This document shows, piece after piece, positions 17,772 through 28,158 of a stretch of DNA of 64,000 nucleotides. Where the stretch lies: contig CAWFUG010000011.1 in assembly GCA_963818965.1 (NCBI GenBank), positions 288,001 through 352,000 on the forward strand, given 5' to 3'. The DNA is from an uncultured Verrucomicrobiae bacterium (GTDB lineage: Bacteria; Chlamydiota; Chlamydiia; Chlamydiales; Rhabdochlamydiaceae). Under the pieces are notes generated by a model. The model was given only the letters and a program-made list of their open reading frames with translations. It was not told where the DNA came from and did no database searches. Numbering within the stretch: position 1 is the first letter of the stretch; each line of letters starts with the position of its first letter. A program made the translations under genes and the position numbers.

Positions 17772-19466
17772 GTGAATCCAAACGATCAGTACCAGGTCAT
17801 CGCGCGAAAGTACCGCCCACAGAAGTTTTCCGACGTCGTCGGACAGGAAGCGATCATCACGACGCTGAAAAATGCGCTGCGCTGGAATCGCATCGCGCAC
17901 GCATACCTCTTTTGCGGCTGTAGAGGCACGGGGAAGACGACACTCGCGCGCCTATTTGCTAAAGTTTTAAATTGCGACAACCGGACTCAAGACTATGAGC
18001 CATGCGACGCGTGCCCTTCCTGTCTCGATATCAGAGCCTCTAGAGCCCTCGATGTTCTAGAAATCGATGGAGCCTCTAACCGCGGGATCGAAGACATCCG
18101 CCAGATCAACGAGACGATCGGCTATGCTCCCTCAGGAGGGCGCTACAAAATCTACATCATCGATGAAGTGCACATGCTGACGAAAGAGGCATTCAATGCT
18201 CTATTAAAGACATTGGAAGAGCCTCCCGCTCAGGTGAAATTCTTCTTTGCGACGACAGAGCCCCATAAAGTCCCACCGACGATCCTCAGCCGCTGCCAAC
18301 GGTTCGATTTAGGGCGCATTCCCTTAGATGCACTGGTCAAAAAACTCTCTGCAATCGCAGAGGATTTGAAGATCCCGTGTGAAGCGGAGATCTTCTCTCT
18401 CATCGCACAACTCGCAGAAGGGTCTCTACGCGATGCTGAATCCCTCCTCGATCAAGTGCTCTGTTATGGAGAGCCTCCACTCACCCTTTCAAAAACAGCA
18501 TCCATCCTCGGCATCCTACCCCAGACAGCGCTCTACGCCCTTGACCAAGCCTTCGCAGAACAGAATTTCTCTTTCGCCTTCGAACTAGCAGATCAGATCT
18601 TCACCTCTGGAAAAGAGATTTCCCACTTCCTAGATACCCTCCTCGAACATTACCGACGCATTCTCCGACACAAACTCGGCACTCCTACCCCTTTTTACAC
18701 ACCGAAGGAGCAGGAGCAGTTCTTAACCTCTGCCACGCTCTACACTCAAGAACAGTGCCTCTACATCCTTGACTACATCCTTCACTGGCAGCAACAACTC
18801 TCTAAGATCCCCTTCAAACGGATCACGCTCGAGATGATCCTCCTGCACATCCTCCACTCAAAACACCGCGTGACGCTCCCCTCTTTGATCAAACGCCTAC
18901 ACGACTTGCAGTCGCAAACAGTAGCAGAGCCAATTGTTGTAGAGAAAAAACCGGAATCGCCCGAGCGCACCCTCGCGTCTCGAATCCCAGAAGTGGCACC
19001 TGCGCTACCTCCTATTCCAGAACCTAGATCTGAGGAGACAGGCAAGGAAAAACAAGCTGAACCTCCCGAGCTGACCTTCCCCTCCCCAATCCCAGAAGCA
19101 GATGCTGCGCTACCTCCTATTCTAGAACCTGTCTTTGAAAAGACAGTCGAGGAAGAGAGGTCTGAACCGCCAGAACTGACACTCCCTCCTCTAAGCCCAC
19201 AAGCAAATACTGCGACACCCCCTATTCCAGAACCTATCTCTGAAGAGATGTCACTAGAAGAGTCTCTTCTGAAAAAAATGAAACAAAGACTCGAGGCTCA
19301 GCCGCCGCTCGAGCCTGAAACTAATTTACAGACACAAGCCCCTTCTGTTCCCCCGCTGCCAACACCAGCAGACGATCTGAAAAGTCTGGTGCGTCATGAG
19401 ACATTGATGCGCTTTGCCGCGGTTGAACTAGAAGGTGTTTTAAAAAAGGAGTCCCCTAATGGGTAG
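17772..19466 (+). CDS. dnaX: DNA polymerase III subunit gamma/tau
   Basis: ARKYRPQKFSDVVGQ, GCRGTGKTT, IDEVHML, SRCQRF; GTG start after GAAGGT. Confidence 0.95.
   Translation: MNPNDQYQVIARKYRPQKFSDVVGQEAIITTLKNALRWNRIAHAYLFCGCRGTGKTTLARLFAKVLNCDNRTQDYEPCDACPSCLDIRASRALDVLEIDGASNRGIEDIRQINETIGYAPSGGRYKIYIIDEVHMLTKEAFNALLKTLEEPPAQVKFFFATTEPHKVPPTILSRCQRFDLGRIPLDALVKKLSAIAEDLKIPCEAEIFSLIAQLAEGSLRDAESLLDQVLCYGEPPLTLSKTASILGILPQTALYALDQAFAEQNFSFAFELADQIFTSGKEISHFLDTLLEHYRRILRHKLGTPTPFYTPKEQEQFLTSATLYTQEQCLYILDYILHWQQQLSKIPFKRITLEMILLHILHSKHRVTLPSLIKRLHDLQSQTVAEPIVVEKKPESPERTLASRIPEVAPALPPIPEPRSEETGKEKQAEPPELTFPSPIPEADAALPPILEPVFEKTVEEERSEPPELTLPPLSPQANTATPPIPEPISEEMSLEESLLKKMKQRLEAQPPLEPETNLQTQAPSVPPLPTPADDLKSLVRHETLMRFAAVELEGVLKKESPNG
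18951..19250 (+). repeat. About 3 imperfect 105-bp (35-aa) Pro/Glu-rich repeats in the DnaX linker
   Basis: ATCCCAGAAG at 18984 and 19089; repeat unit IPE...ALPPI.EP..E.T......EPPELT. Confidence 0.8.
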
Positions 19467-19773
19467 TGGTTTTTCCAAGATGAAAAAACAAGCGAAGATG
19501 ATGGAGCAACAGCTCGAAGCAGCGCGCTCTGAGTTAAAAAACAAGCAAGTTACCGGAGTCAGTGGCGCGGGACTTGTGACCGTGGTCATGAATGGCGAAA
19601 AGGAAATGCTCTCCATCCAGATCAAGCCCGAATGTGTCGATCCGAATGACCTAGAAGGGTTACAAGACCTCATCAAAGACGCCTGCGAGCAAGCTTACGC
19701 CCAAATCGCAACCGAAGACCCCATGAGCCAGTTCTCTCTACCCGGCGGGATGTCTCTCCCATTCGGTCTCTAA
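19459..19773 (+). CDS. ybaB: YbaB/EbfC nucleoid-associated protein
   Basis: G.SGAGLVTV.MNG, D.EGLQDLI; follows dnaX. Confidence 0.9.
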   Translation: MGSGFSKMKKQAKMMEQQLEAARSELKNKQVTGVSGAGLVTVVMNGEKEMLSIQIKPECVDPNDLEGLQDLIKDACEQAYAQIATEDPMSQFSLPGGMSLPFGL

Positions 19774-19785
19774 CAGATCCCGCTT

Positions 19786-19812
19786 AATTGTCGTGACGCT
19801 GTCACGACAATT
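19786..19812. terminator. Hairpin between convergent genes, probable terminator
   Basis: AATTGTCGTGAC-GCT-GTCACGACAATT perfect 12-bp stem followed by TT. Confidence 0.5.
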
Positions 19813-19873
19813 TTCTGCACGCGCGATTTCAGGAAATTGAAAAGATATTCGAGAAATTCAGCACTAAAAAAGC

Positions 19874-21583
19874 CTAGTAACTACCAATCAGAGAGAAGTG
19901 GACCATGGATCCACCGCCAGGGAAGTGATCCCTGTGGATCTTGATCCCCCAGTCGAGGCGGAACGAGAGGTAGTTCTGCAGGGAGTAGCGGAGGCCGGGG
20001 CCGGTTCCCATCAGGTAATCGGTCTGCTTTTGTCCGGGGGGCTTGTGCCGGTCGTGCGAGTAGCCATAGTCGAAGAAGAGAAGGATCTCGAGGCGGTCTT
20101 TGAGGCGCCCCCGTTTGATGAAGTGAATAGGCGGAGAGTGGATCTCCGTGCTGACGAGGAGCCCATCATCTGCGTTCAGTTGCCGCTCGTCGTAGCCGCG
20201 CACTGTGTTATAGCCCCCGAGCCCAAATTGTTCGCTCGGCAGGAGTGTTTGGTTCGAGAGTTGCCCGGCGAAGAGGAGGGAGAAGCGAAACCGGTGGGGG
20301 AGGCGCAATTTGTAATTCAGAGAGGTCCGCCCATAGACGTAGATCGGATCTGCAAAAGGGTTTAACGATTGAAAATCGTGGTGGGACTGGTCGGGAATCC
20401 AGGAAAAGGGGGAAAAGAAGAGCTGGAGATCGAAACCTAACTTATGGCTTAAAGTGCCGGCATCCCTTTCTAAGCCTAAATTGTAGCCGCACATAAATTG
20501 TGTGAGATTGACCTGTTGGCCGATGAAAGGCACCGCCTCGACGAAGTTTAGCGTGTTATTCGAGCGCTTGAAATCAAATCCCACACTCCATTCGTGCAGT
20601 AGCCAAGGAGTTGGAACGATAGGGATCGTGTAGCGCGTACTCACCTGACTACTCGTCCCTTGTGTTTTCGAGGAATTTCTGACGTGCGCATGAGCTTGAG
20701 AATACCCTCCGAAGAAAAGTAGGATGTGTTGAATCGGAAGGGGGATCGTCCAGGTCCCTGTGAACGCGTAGAATTTCTCAGGATTGGGCGCTGCGGTGTA
20801 TTGTAAAGAAATGATCTGGTCCGCATCAAATGCATTGGCGCAGCTCGCCCCCACAAACCACCGGAGCCGATCAGTGTGGACAAGTCCCGTATTATCGACC
20901 CCTGCATAGATATTGGCAGGGTAAAAATCTTCAGCGATGATCTCGATATCTGTCGTATTGCTCTTCTCACCCGGTGCGTAGACGAGATCCGCTCTTCGGA
21001 ACGGGTTGCGGTTCAAAAAATTGAGGTCGTTAAGCAATTTGTGCTCATCGATCTTGTCTCCCTTTTTGAGCCGAATCGCATGCGCGTACCGCTCTTTGGA
21101 GAAGTATTTATTCCCATAAACTTTGGTCTCGCCGAGGACACTCTCGCGGACGATCAGCGTGAACTTTCCATCAGTGACATCTTGCTCGGGGATCTGGACG
21201 CTTACGAGCGGGTGGTTGTTATCGCGGTAGTACAAGATCACAGCGCGTTTCAAATCGAGCAAGTCATCGGCTGTCAAGGGGCGATAGAGGTAAGCTGCTA
21301 GAACATCTCTTAACCCCTCATCTCCGCCAGGAACCGGAAAGCTCGAGAAGAAAATGCCTCGGTCTGTCGCACGTAATTTCGTGACACTGCTGATCCGATC
21401 GACGACGTAGATCGATTTGATCTCAGGAATTAAGATCTTTTGAGGCAGTTTCTCTTTTTTCAAGGGAGTAGAACCCGTGCTCTCTTCCGCCCGATTTAAA
21501 CAGGGAGGCCAAAGCACAGGATGCGCAGAGAGGCACGTCTCACTCAACAAAGCACAAAGAAGTAAGTATTTCCCTAATTTCAT
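19874..21583 (-). CDS. TpsB (ShlB/FhaC/HecB) two-partner secretion transporter
   Basis: Signal peptide, POTRA-like region, EQFGLGGYNTVRGY motif, beta-barrel C-terminus. Confidence 0.9.
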   Translation of the reverse strand: MKLGKYLLLCALLSETCLSAHPVLWPPCLNRAEESTGSTPLKKEKLPQKILIPEIKSIYVVDRISSVTKLRATDRGIFFSSFPVPGGDEGLRDVLAAYLYRPLTADDLLDLKRAVILYYRDNNHPLVSVQIPEQDVTDGKFTLIVRESVLGETKVYGNKYFSKERYAHAIRLKKGDKIDEHKLLNDLNFLNRNPFRRADLVYAPGEKSNTTDIEIIAEDFYPANIYAGVDNTGLVHTDRLRWFVGASCANAFDADQIISLQYTAAPNPEKFYAFTGTWTIPLPIQHILLFFGGYSQAHAHVRNSSKTQGTSSQVSTRYTIPIVPTPWLLHEWSVGFDFKRSNNTLNFVEAVPFIGQQVNLTQFMCGYNLGLERDAGTLSHKLGFDLQLFFSPFSWIPDQSHHDFQSLNPFADPIYVYGRTSLNYKLRLPHRFRFSLLFAGQLSNQTLLPSEQFGLGGYNTVRGYDERQLNADDGLLVSTEIHSPPIHFIKRGRLKDRLEILLFFDYGYSHDRHKPPGQKQTDYLMGTGPGLRYSLQNYLSFRLDWGIKIHRDHFPGGGSMVHFSLIGSY

Positions 21584-21589
21584 ATAGAA

Positions 21590-24500
21590 TCAATAAAACG
21601 AATAAAATGGTCTGATTTTATTAAACTCTTTCCTGCGGCGAATCGATAATCCCTTGTCTGGGACCACTTCGAAACTCTGCAATCTACGTGTCGATCGCTC
21701 GTGAGCGTATGCCTCTCTCTGGAACGAGACATTAAATGTCGTCCACTCGAAAAAATCATAAAAGACGTAATCATTTAAATAATCAAGGTCAAAAAAGAGT
21801 TCTGAGGTAGCGATCGGATAGGGCTGTGGTCTGATGTGGTGAGGCGGCACGGGTGGCACGGGCGGCACATTGGTTTCTTTGTAGAAGATCGTAAATTTAG
21901 GGCCACCAAAGAAGGCATTGGGATAGTAGACGCCCCACTGCTCTTCATTCGAGTCGACAAACATAGGCCCAGGAACGAACGTCTCTCCATTGATCGGGAA
22001 ATTAATCGTATTTTGCACTCTGCGCGCTGTGAAGATCCGGACGGGCCCTCCGCCCACTGCCGTGATCAGTCCCCCGTTATTCAGCATGAAGCGCCCCGGA
22101 CCAATCCCTGGCGCCGTCGGGAAGTCATTGTCGACGACGAGAGTCAAAGATCCTGTCCCATTGACGGTGACATTTGCTGTATTATCGACTGTGATATCGC
22201 GTCCGGCAATGATGAGCAAGTTTCCGACTGCAGGGACAGCTACTGTCGATTCCGCGAGGAGGAAGACAGAACCGCCGGCTGTTAGCGTGAGATCGCTTCC
22301 GAATGTCTCAATCGAAACGGGAGAAGGGATGACAGCATCCCCGATAAGCGTACAGTTCCCTGCACACGTCACGGAGATATCCCCCGCTTGCGTCGTGATG
22401 AATGCGGGAGCGACACTCGTATTGCTCCCTGAGATTTGCAAATTAGCGCAGGAGAAAGAGATCGCACCCGATGTCGTGACATCCACTTGGGCGTTTGCCC
22501 CTGTTGCAACCCCGCTGATCAGGTTGGCATCTCCCGTTGCTGTGATCGTGATCGCTCCCGTTACCGTTTCAATTTTGGCGAGCGCGTTCGTGGCGCCTAC
22601 ACTGGAAGAACCGCCGAGTCCTAGAGGCCCTGTCGCAATCGTGATGGGAGAAGCGGGACCTGTCGTTGTAATGAGTGCTTGCTGGTTTGCTGTTGCCCCT
22701 CCGGTCAGCTGCATCGCTCCCGTTAGAGTGATGTCAATCGATCCCCCTGAAGGGCCTGTCGTAATGGTGACGTTATTCGTCCCCGTATTTCCCCCTGCGG
22801 TATTCGTCATCGTGCCGCCCGTCATCGCGATCGTCCCTACCCCTGAGGTCTCACTGGCGTAGATTCCCGTCAACGTGGTGCCCGTGCTCGTCCCTCCCGT
22901 GAACTGATAATTTCCCGTAATCGTCGTCGCGATATTGGCAGCCATTTGCGTGACAAGACGCGCTCCACTGACACTGCCCCCATTGAGGATTAAATTACCG
23001 ATCGGTGAGAGATTCCCGACGACTAAAGGCCCTGAGAAAGACTGGATCTCAGCAAAACTCGTCGTCGCACTGCCCCCTGTGAGCAGAAATGAGCCGGGTC
23101 CATTGATCGTCACTCCTTCTGTCGCAGAGATCCGCGCATAGCTATTTGTCGCAGCAAGGGTCGTTGTCCCATTGAGATCGAGGCCGACTCCGATGGACAT
23201 ATCCACTGTGCCGGGAGATAAGACCTCTGCGAAGGCGTTCGTCGCATTGCCCCCATTGGCTGTAAAAGTGCCGCTGCAGTGGATCCCAATCGAAGAGCTG
23301 CCGCTCGTCGTCCCGATAGAAGCAGAGCCATTGGTCCCCGTGGTGGCTGAAGAGCCTTGCACTGTCAAATCATCGCAATAGATGGAGATATTGCCCGAGA
23401 CAGAAGAGAGAATTTGGGCATTTGTATTGGCAAGACTCCCCGCCGTTACATTGATAGCGCCAGAGAAGGGATTGAGAGCTGTTCCAATCGTGATATCTCC
23501 CGCCTGCGTCAGGATCCCTGCCACTGCAGAGGCTGCCGTAGTCGAACTGCTGATCCCCAGACTCTGTCCTAAGATAGTGATCGAAGAGGGAGTGGCGCTC
23601 TGCGTCTGGATATAGGTGTTTTGATTGGCACTACCACCTGCTGTCAACTGGATCGCCCCATTCACATCGATCTGGATCGTTCCGCCCGCTGTCCCCGTCG
23701 CAATCTGTGCGCCGTTTGACCCCGTACTAGCTCCCGAGAGCAACGTGAGCGTATTGCCTGAGGTCAGCGCATCGAGAGTGATGTTTCCTGTACCCGATGT
23801 AAATCCCGAATAGAACCCCGCACGCGCATCTCCGACAGAACTTCCCGCCGTAATCCCGTAATTGCCATTGATCGCCGAGACGATATTGCCTCCCACATCC
23901 GTCAAGATGACAGCGCGCGCATTGACGGCTCCCGTTCCCCCTTGCATCGAAATCCCCGTCGGCAATAGCGTTCCCGCCGTCTGTCCGATTCGGATCACAT
24001 CAGTAGCAGAAGTCTGGGCATTCGTCGTTGTGAGAATTTGCGCAGAGCTCGTCTGGCCGAGCAAACTGATTACCCCCGACGTGGTTGCCGTGCCATCGAT
24101 GGTGAGCATTCCTCCCAAGGAGATGATCTCTGCATCTGTGCCACTTGCCACCCCTCCCGTCAGCGCCAATCCCCCCATCCCGATACCGATCGTATTCGCA
24201 CTGCTGCCGACATCGACCCGAGAATAGTTCCCCGTCGCATTCCCGCCCGTCAATGCGATCTGTCCCGTCGCAGAGAGGGAGATGTTTCCATTTGACGTCG
24301 AAATTTCCGCAAAGGAACCCGTCCCCGCCCCTGTTCCTGCCTGCATCGTGAGGTTACCTCCCGAACTGATCGCAATCGCACCCGCTCCTGCGCTCGTTCC
24401 GATCGAAACAGACGATCCCACAGATGTCCCCGCCGTCATATTTAAAAAGCTGCTGAGCGTTACAGCGATATTCCCCCCATTCTGCGTCGTCAGGCTTGCT

Positions 24501-26194
24501 GTTGCTGTCGCCGCGTAACTCCCCTGTAGCGTCAAACTTCCCGATCCCGGGCTGATTTGGATCCCTCCACTCAATGTCTTAAGTCCGCAGTTTGTCGTAC
24601 TCGCTGTCGAGCCGATCCGGATCTCAGGCGATGCGACTAAGAGGACAGGGGTTGTGGCGGCGTTGGTTGTAAAGGAAGAAGTGATGAGATCATTGATTGC
24701 GATAAAACTTCCTACGTCGGTTGCTGTGAGAGTCAGCGAGGTCGGTGCATTCCAAGTGATGGGGCTATTGACCGTGATGTTTCCCACCGGTGCGGAACCC
24801 GATGCGGAAGCATCGACCACGACGCTACAGGTGCCCAAATGCGTCCCTAGAGCCACGCTATCGATCGTCACAGCCCCTCCGACAAAGGTATAAGTCCCTG
24901 TGGGACACCCATTGAACGGATCTGTTCCCCCCGCTTGAATGGTCACAGCACAAGGGTCTAACCACAAAGTCCCCGCTGTCCCGTGCGGGGCCAGCGCGTG
25001 CACTAGACCATTGGGCGCTAAAAACCCATGACTCGACACCTCGACAAATCCCCCATCGCCAGAAGAAGCTCCGCCCCGCGCGAAAATCGAGCCAAAAAAC
25101 CCATTCCACTCGTCTGCCCAAAGGGCGATCCGTCCTCCGTTACCAGAGTCTAGAGCATCGGCAGAGAGCATAGCTCCCGGCGCGACATAGACCGTCTTTG
25201 CATTGGGAATGGCAGGGTTATTCCCTTGGAAGTCTCCCCCGACGAGCACCCGCCCACCGCCTGTTCTCCCTGAGACGTCGACATAGGCCTCTGATTCCAG
25301 GGTGACTTTTTCCGCTAAGAACCGGATTTCTCCCCCTATCCCTTCAGAGTTTTTTGCTACGTATTGACCAGAAGCGCTTAAAACCCCTTCCTCAGCACAG
25401 AGGTAGATCCTCCCTCCCCTTTCTTGAGTCGACAAGGCGTCAATCCGGCCACTGTCTTTAATCGCATACTGGTAGGCATTTCCATCCGCCTTGAGCTCTG
25501 CTTTGAGCGCCGTGATCCATCCGCTATTCTCGATCCCCCCATCCCCTTTGATAGAAGAGGCGCTTGCCCGGATCAAAATCCGCTCTGCATCTCCTTGTTG
25601 GATCAGACACTCAGAACCGCTCGCAAGACCCACGAGCCCCTGTTTCGCTTCAAGACTCCCTCGGTTCTCTAGACGATACCCGATCAAGATCAAATCCCCA
25701 TCCCAAGCAGAGATCTTTCCTAAGTTGATGATGCTCGCCTGCGAATCTCCCTTGAAGAGAAGATCTCCCCCTTTAAGAAAATCTGCATCGCACGCATCGA
25801 GGGTCGATGCAAAGAAACTCGCCGTATCCACGACCGCCCCTTCCCCAAACAACACTCCCTTCGGATTGATCAGATAGACCTTTCCATTGGCCTTGAGCGT
25901 CCCGAGAATCTCACTCGCATTGCCCCCCATGACCCGATTTAAGACAGCAGCTCCCTTCCCTGGCATTATAAAGCGCGTCGTCTCCCCCTTCCCAATCGAA
26001 AAATCGTCCCAATGGATGACAGCACGCTCTCCCGTCTCGATGGACACCGTCGATCCAGAAGAAACGGGAGGTTTTGCTTCGCCCGCCACGAGCCGAAACC
26101 CCTTCGGGCTCGCCTCTAAACAGGGCAACCAGAAAATAAATGCGCAAGAACTCAGCGCAAAAGAATAGAAAAAATGAACTCTAGACATCGCCAT
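21590..26194 (-). CDS. TpsA filamentous haemagglutinin-like exoprotein
   Basis: TPS domain IHWDDFSI...VLNRV.G...S.I.G.L.ANG.VYLINPKG; GGFVEVS, GTLWLDP; long G/T/A/S-rich beta-helix repeats. Confidence 0.9.
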   Translation of the reverse strand: MAMSRVHFFYSFALSSCAFIFWLPCLEASPKGFRLVAGEAKPPVSSGSTVSIETGERAVIHWDDFSIGKGETTRFIMPGKGAAVLNRVMGGNASEILGTLKANGKVYLINPKGVLFGEGAVVDTASFFASTLDACDADFLKGGDLLFKGDSQASIINLGKISAWDGDLILIGYRLENRGSLEAKQGLVGLASGSECLIQQGDAERILIRASASSIKGDGGIENSGWITALKAELKADGNAYQYAIKDSGRIDALSTQERGGRIYLCAEEGVLSASGQYVAKNSEGIGGEIRFLAEKVTLESEAYVDVSGRTGGGRVLVGGDFQGNNPAIPNAKTVYVAPGAMLSADALDSGNGGRIALWADEWNGFFGSIFARGGASSGDGGFVEVSSHGFLAPNGLVHALAPHGTAGTLWLDPCAVTIQAGGTDPFNGCPTGTYTFVGGAVTIDSVALGTHLGTCSVVVDASASGSAPVGNITVNSPITWNAPTSLTLTATDVGSFIAINDLITSSFTTNAATTPVLLVASPEIRIGSTASTTNCGLKTLSGGIQISPGSGSLTLQGSYAATATASLTTQNGGNIAVTLSSFLNMTAGTSVGSSVSIGTSAGAGAIAISSGGNLTMQAGTGAGTGSFAEISTSNGNISLSATGQIALTGGNATGNYSRVDVGSSANTIGIGMGGLALTGGVASGTDAEIISLGGMLTIDGTATTSGVISLLGQTSSAQILTTTNAQTSATDVIRIGQTAGTLLPTGISMQGGTGAVNARAVILTDVGGNIVSAINGNYGITAGSSVGDARAGFYSGFTSGTGNITLDALTSGNTLTLLSGASTGSNGAQIATGTAGGTIQIDVNGAIQLTAGGSANQNTYIQTQSATPSSITILGQSLGISSSTTAASAVAGILTQAGDITIGTALNPFSGAINVTAGSLANTNAQILSSVSGNISIYCDDLTVQGSSATTGTNGSASIGTTSGSSSIGIHCSGTFTANGGNATNAFAEVLSPGTVDMSIGVGLDLNGTTTLAATNSYARISATEGVTINGPGSFLLTGGSATTSFAEIQSFSGPLVVGNLSPIGNLILNGGSVSGARLVTQMAANIATTITGNYQFTGGTSTGTTLTGIYASETSGVGTIAMTGGTMTNTAGGNTGTNNVTITTGPSGGSIDITLTGAMQLTGGATANQQALITTTGPASPITIATGPLGLGGSSSVGATNALAKIETVTGAITITATGDANLISGVATGANAQVDVTTSGAISFSCANLQISGSNTSVAPAFITTQAGDISVTCAGNCTLIGDAVIPSPVSIETFGSDLTLTAGGSVFLLAESTVAVPAVGNLLIIAGRDITVDNTANVTVNGTGSLTLVVDNDFPTAPGIGPGRFMLNNGGLITAVGGGPVRIFTARRVQNTINFPINGETFVPGPMFVDSNEEQWGVYYPNAFFGGPKFTIFYKETNVPPVPPVPPHHIRPQPYPIATSELFFDLDYLNDYVFYDFFEWTTFNVSFQREAYAHERSTRRLQSFEVVPDKGLSIRRRKEFNKIRPFYSFY

Positions 26195-26262
26195 AATGAT
26201 ACATGTTTTTCTTTCCGTATATCAAAATGGGAAATAAATAAATTAAAAATCTTAAATTATTA

Positions 26263-27984
26263 TCATTTTAGTACTTGGACTCGAGAATCTACCTTAGGTA
26301 AGCGTAAGCCTTTCCTTTTGAAATCAGCACCGATGATGTTGAACGTGGTGAGCCTTTGCAAGTTGCGCATATCCTTTGGCAGGGAGAATAGGTCATTGTT
26401 ATTCAAGAGAAGCTCTTCGAGGTTTCCCCACTCCTGAATGTCTGTGTCAGTTAATTCCTGCATGTTGTTATGGGAAAGATCGAGCTTTTTAAGCCTCTTC
26501 GGTTCACCAGCGAGCTTTTTTGGTTCTCCTTCTTCTGTCAGCCATTTCAAGGCATTATAGCTCAGATTGAGCTCTTCTAGTTTGGGTGTGTCAAAGATCT
26601 CTGGACGCAATTTAGCTAATTGGTTATGCGATAAATCCAACTCTGTTAATTCCTCTAATTTATCGATGCCAGGAGGAAGTTCAGTCAACTGATTATGAGA
26701 CAAATCGATTTTTTTTACTTTTTTCATGAAGTCCCATTGGAATAATTCAGCTGGCAGCGCTGTTAAGCCAAAGTCATTAAAATCTAACTCATCACGCTCA
26801 CCCATGAGACACTCATCCATCTGCTTGCAAACCGCATAGCGCTTCTGTTGTTCTCTTGGATGGCAAGCTTTTATCCAAGCATCCCAGCGACTGAACATGT
26901 CTTGAGTTTTTGCTACAGCTTCTGGTAAGCCCTCTAATGATGACGGTATTTTAAACTGATTACCCGATACATTAAGCCATTGAAGTTTCTGTGCACATTC
27001 ACAAAGCTTCTCTGGTAGTTCTTCCAGTTTGTTATGACTCAGATCGCACCATTCAAGCATATTGTTACCAAATCCACGTAGCCCTGGTAACGCTGCCAAT
27101 TGATTATAGCTCAGATTCAGCCGTTTAATGGACAATTGGAAAAGTTGACTCGGAACTTTTTCGATGCTATTGTGGGACAAATTAAGCGATTTTAATCTTT
27201 CAAGGGTTTCGATATTGTCAACCAGATCTGAAATCCCCTCGTCGTCGAAGCGGTTTTTAGACAAATTAAGTGATTCCAATTTCTCTAATTTCCCGATAGT
27301 GTCAGGCAGCTCTTGCAATTGATTCCCAGAGAGATCGATTTTTTTCACTGTTTCCATACGAGGAAGCAGGAATAATTCAGGGGGCAGATTCGTTAAACCA
27401 AAGCCGGTAAAATTCAAGTCATTCCGCTGCCCTGTTGTACAGCGAACAGCCTGAGCCATAGCCGCTTGGCGCATCCCCCTCTCTTGGTCAGGAGCCGCTC
27501 CTACCCACTTCTGAACCTCCTTAAAGTTAGGATCTTTCTCTAACTCTTTGAGTCTCTCCTCCTGTACAGCCGTACAGAACTTGCCAACTTCCGCTTTGAC
27601 CCTCTTAAGTTTGCTAAATACCTCTTGAGCAGGACTTATACCCCAGAAGTTGGGCTTAGCAACAGCTGTAACATGCCCTGTTGTCCCTTTAGGTGGAGAT
27701 GTCACTTTCTCAAATAGGGTATCGCCCCTTGTCTGCTTTGGGCTGTCTATTACCTCAAAAGCCTCTGCCCCCTTGCTTACATACTCGAGAACATGGAACT
27801 CGTCTACACCTTTACGTTTATCTGTTACAAAATGACTTAGATTATCCAGAGCTGTGTCTAAGACCTTGAGCTCTTCAGGGGTCAATTGCTCCAAATGCTT
27901 CGAATCGTATCGGTTCGGTTCGCGATTATCCACCCATTGCTCGAGAATATACTGAGCTGTGTGCCCAACAGGATCAACGGGCAT
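26263..27984 (-). CDS. Leucine-rich repeat protein with two IpaH/YopM-like cap+LRR modules; putative T3SS effector
   Basis: LxxLxLSxNxLxxLP repeats; two W...R..A....C.....L.F..FGLT.LP caps; ATG 27984 after GGAGGGG. Confidence 0.85.
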   Translation of the reverse strand: MPVDPVGHTAQYILEQWVDNREPNRYDSKHLEQLTPEELKVLDTALDNLSHFVTDKRKGVDEFHVLEYVSKGAEAFEVIDSPKQTRGDTLFEKVTSPPKGTTGHVTAVAKPNFWGISPAQEVFSKLKRVKAEVGKFCTAVQEERLKELEKDPNFKEVQKWVGAAPDQERGMRQAAMAQAVRCTTGQRNDLNFTGFGLTNLPPELFLLPRMETVKKIDLSGNQLQELPDTIGKLEKLESLNLSKNRFDDEGISDLVDNIETLERLKSLNLSHNSIEKVPSQLFQLSIKRLNLSYNQLAALPGLRGFGNNMLEWCDLSHNKLEELPEKLCECAQKLQWLNVSGNQFKIPSSLEGLPEAVAKTQDMFSRWDAWIKACHPREQQKRYAVCKQMDECLMGERDELDFNDFGLTALPAELFQWDFMKKVKKIDLSHNQLTELPPGIDKLEELTELDLSHNQLAKLRPEIFDTPKLEELNLSYNALKWLTEEGEPKKLAGEPKRLKKLDLSHNNMQELTDTDIQEWGNLEELLLNNNDLFSLPKDMRNLQRLTTFNIIGADFKRKGLRLPKVDSRVQVLK

Positions 27985-28158
27985 AACCCCTCCAAAAAAA
28001 TAAATAAGATCACCCTTATAATACAAATTATAACAACGTTTAATTTAAATTAAATAAAAATGACTTATTCTTAGAATAAAATGAATAAACATAACAAAAT
28101 TAGAGCAAAAACAATAAACCTGTTGAAATTAAACGTCTTCTGAATAGGCAAAAATCAA

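Noticed and set aside
18941..18953. dnaX programmed frameshift site (GAG AAA AAA CCG)
   Set aside because: Not the in-frame A AAA AAG heptamer, the A-run is only 6 nt, and I saw no clear stimulatory hairpin
21775..26168. Many plus-strand ORFs (e.g. 21990-22862)
   Set aside because: Antisense shadows of the low-complexity TpsA frame, with no recognisable motifs
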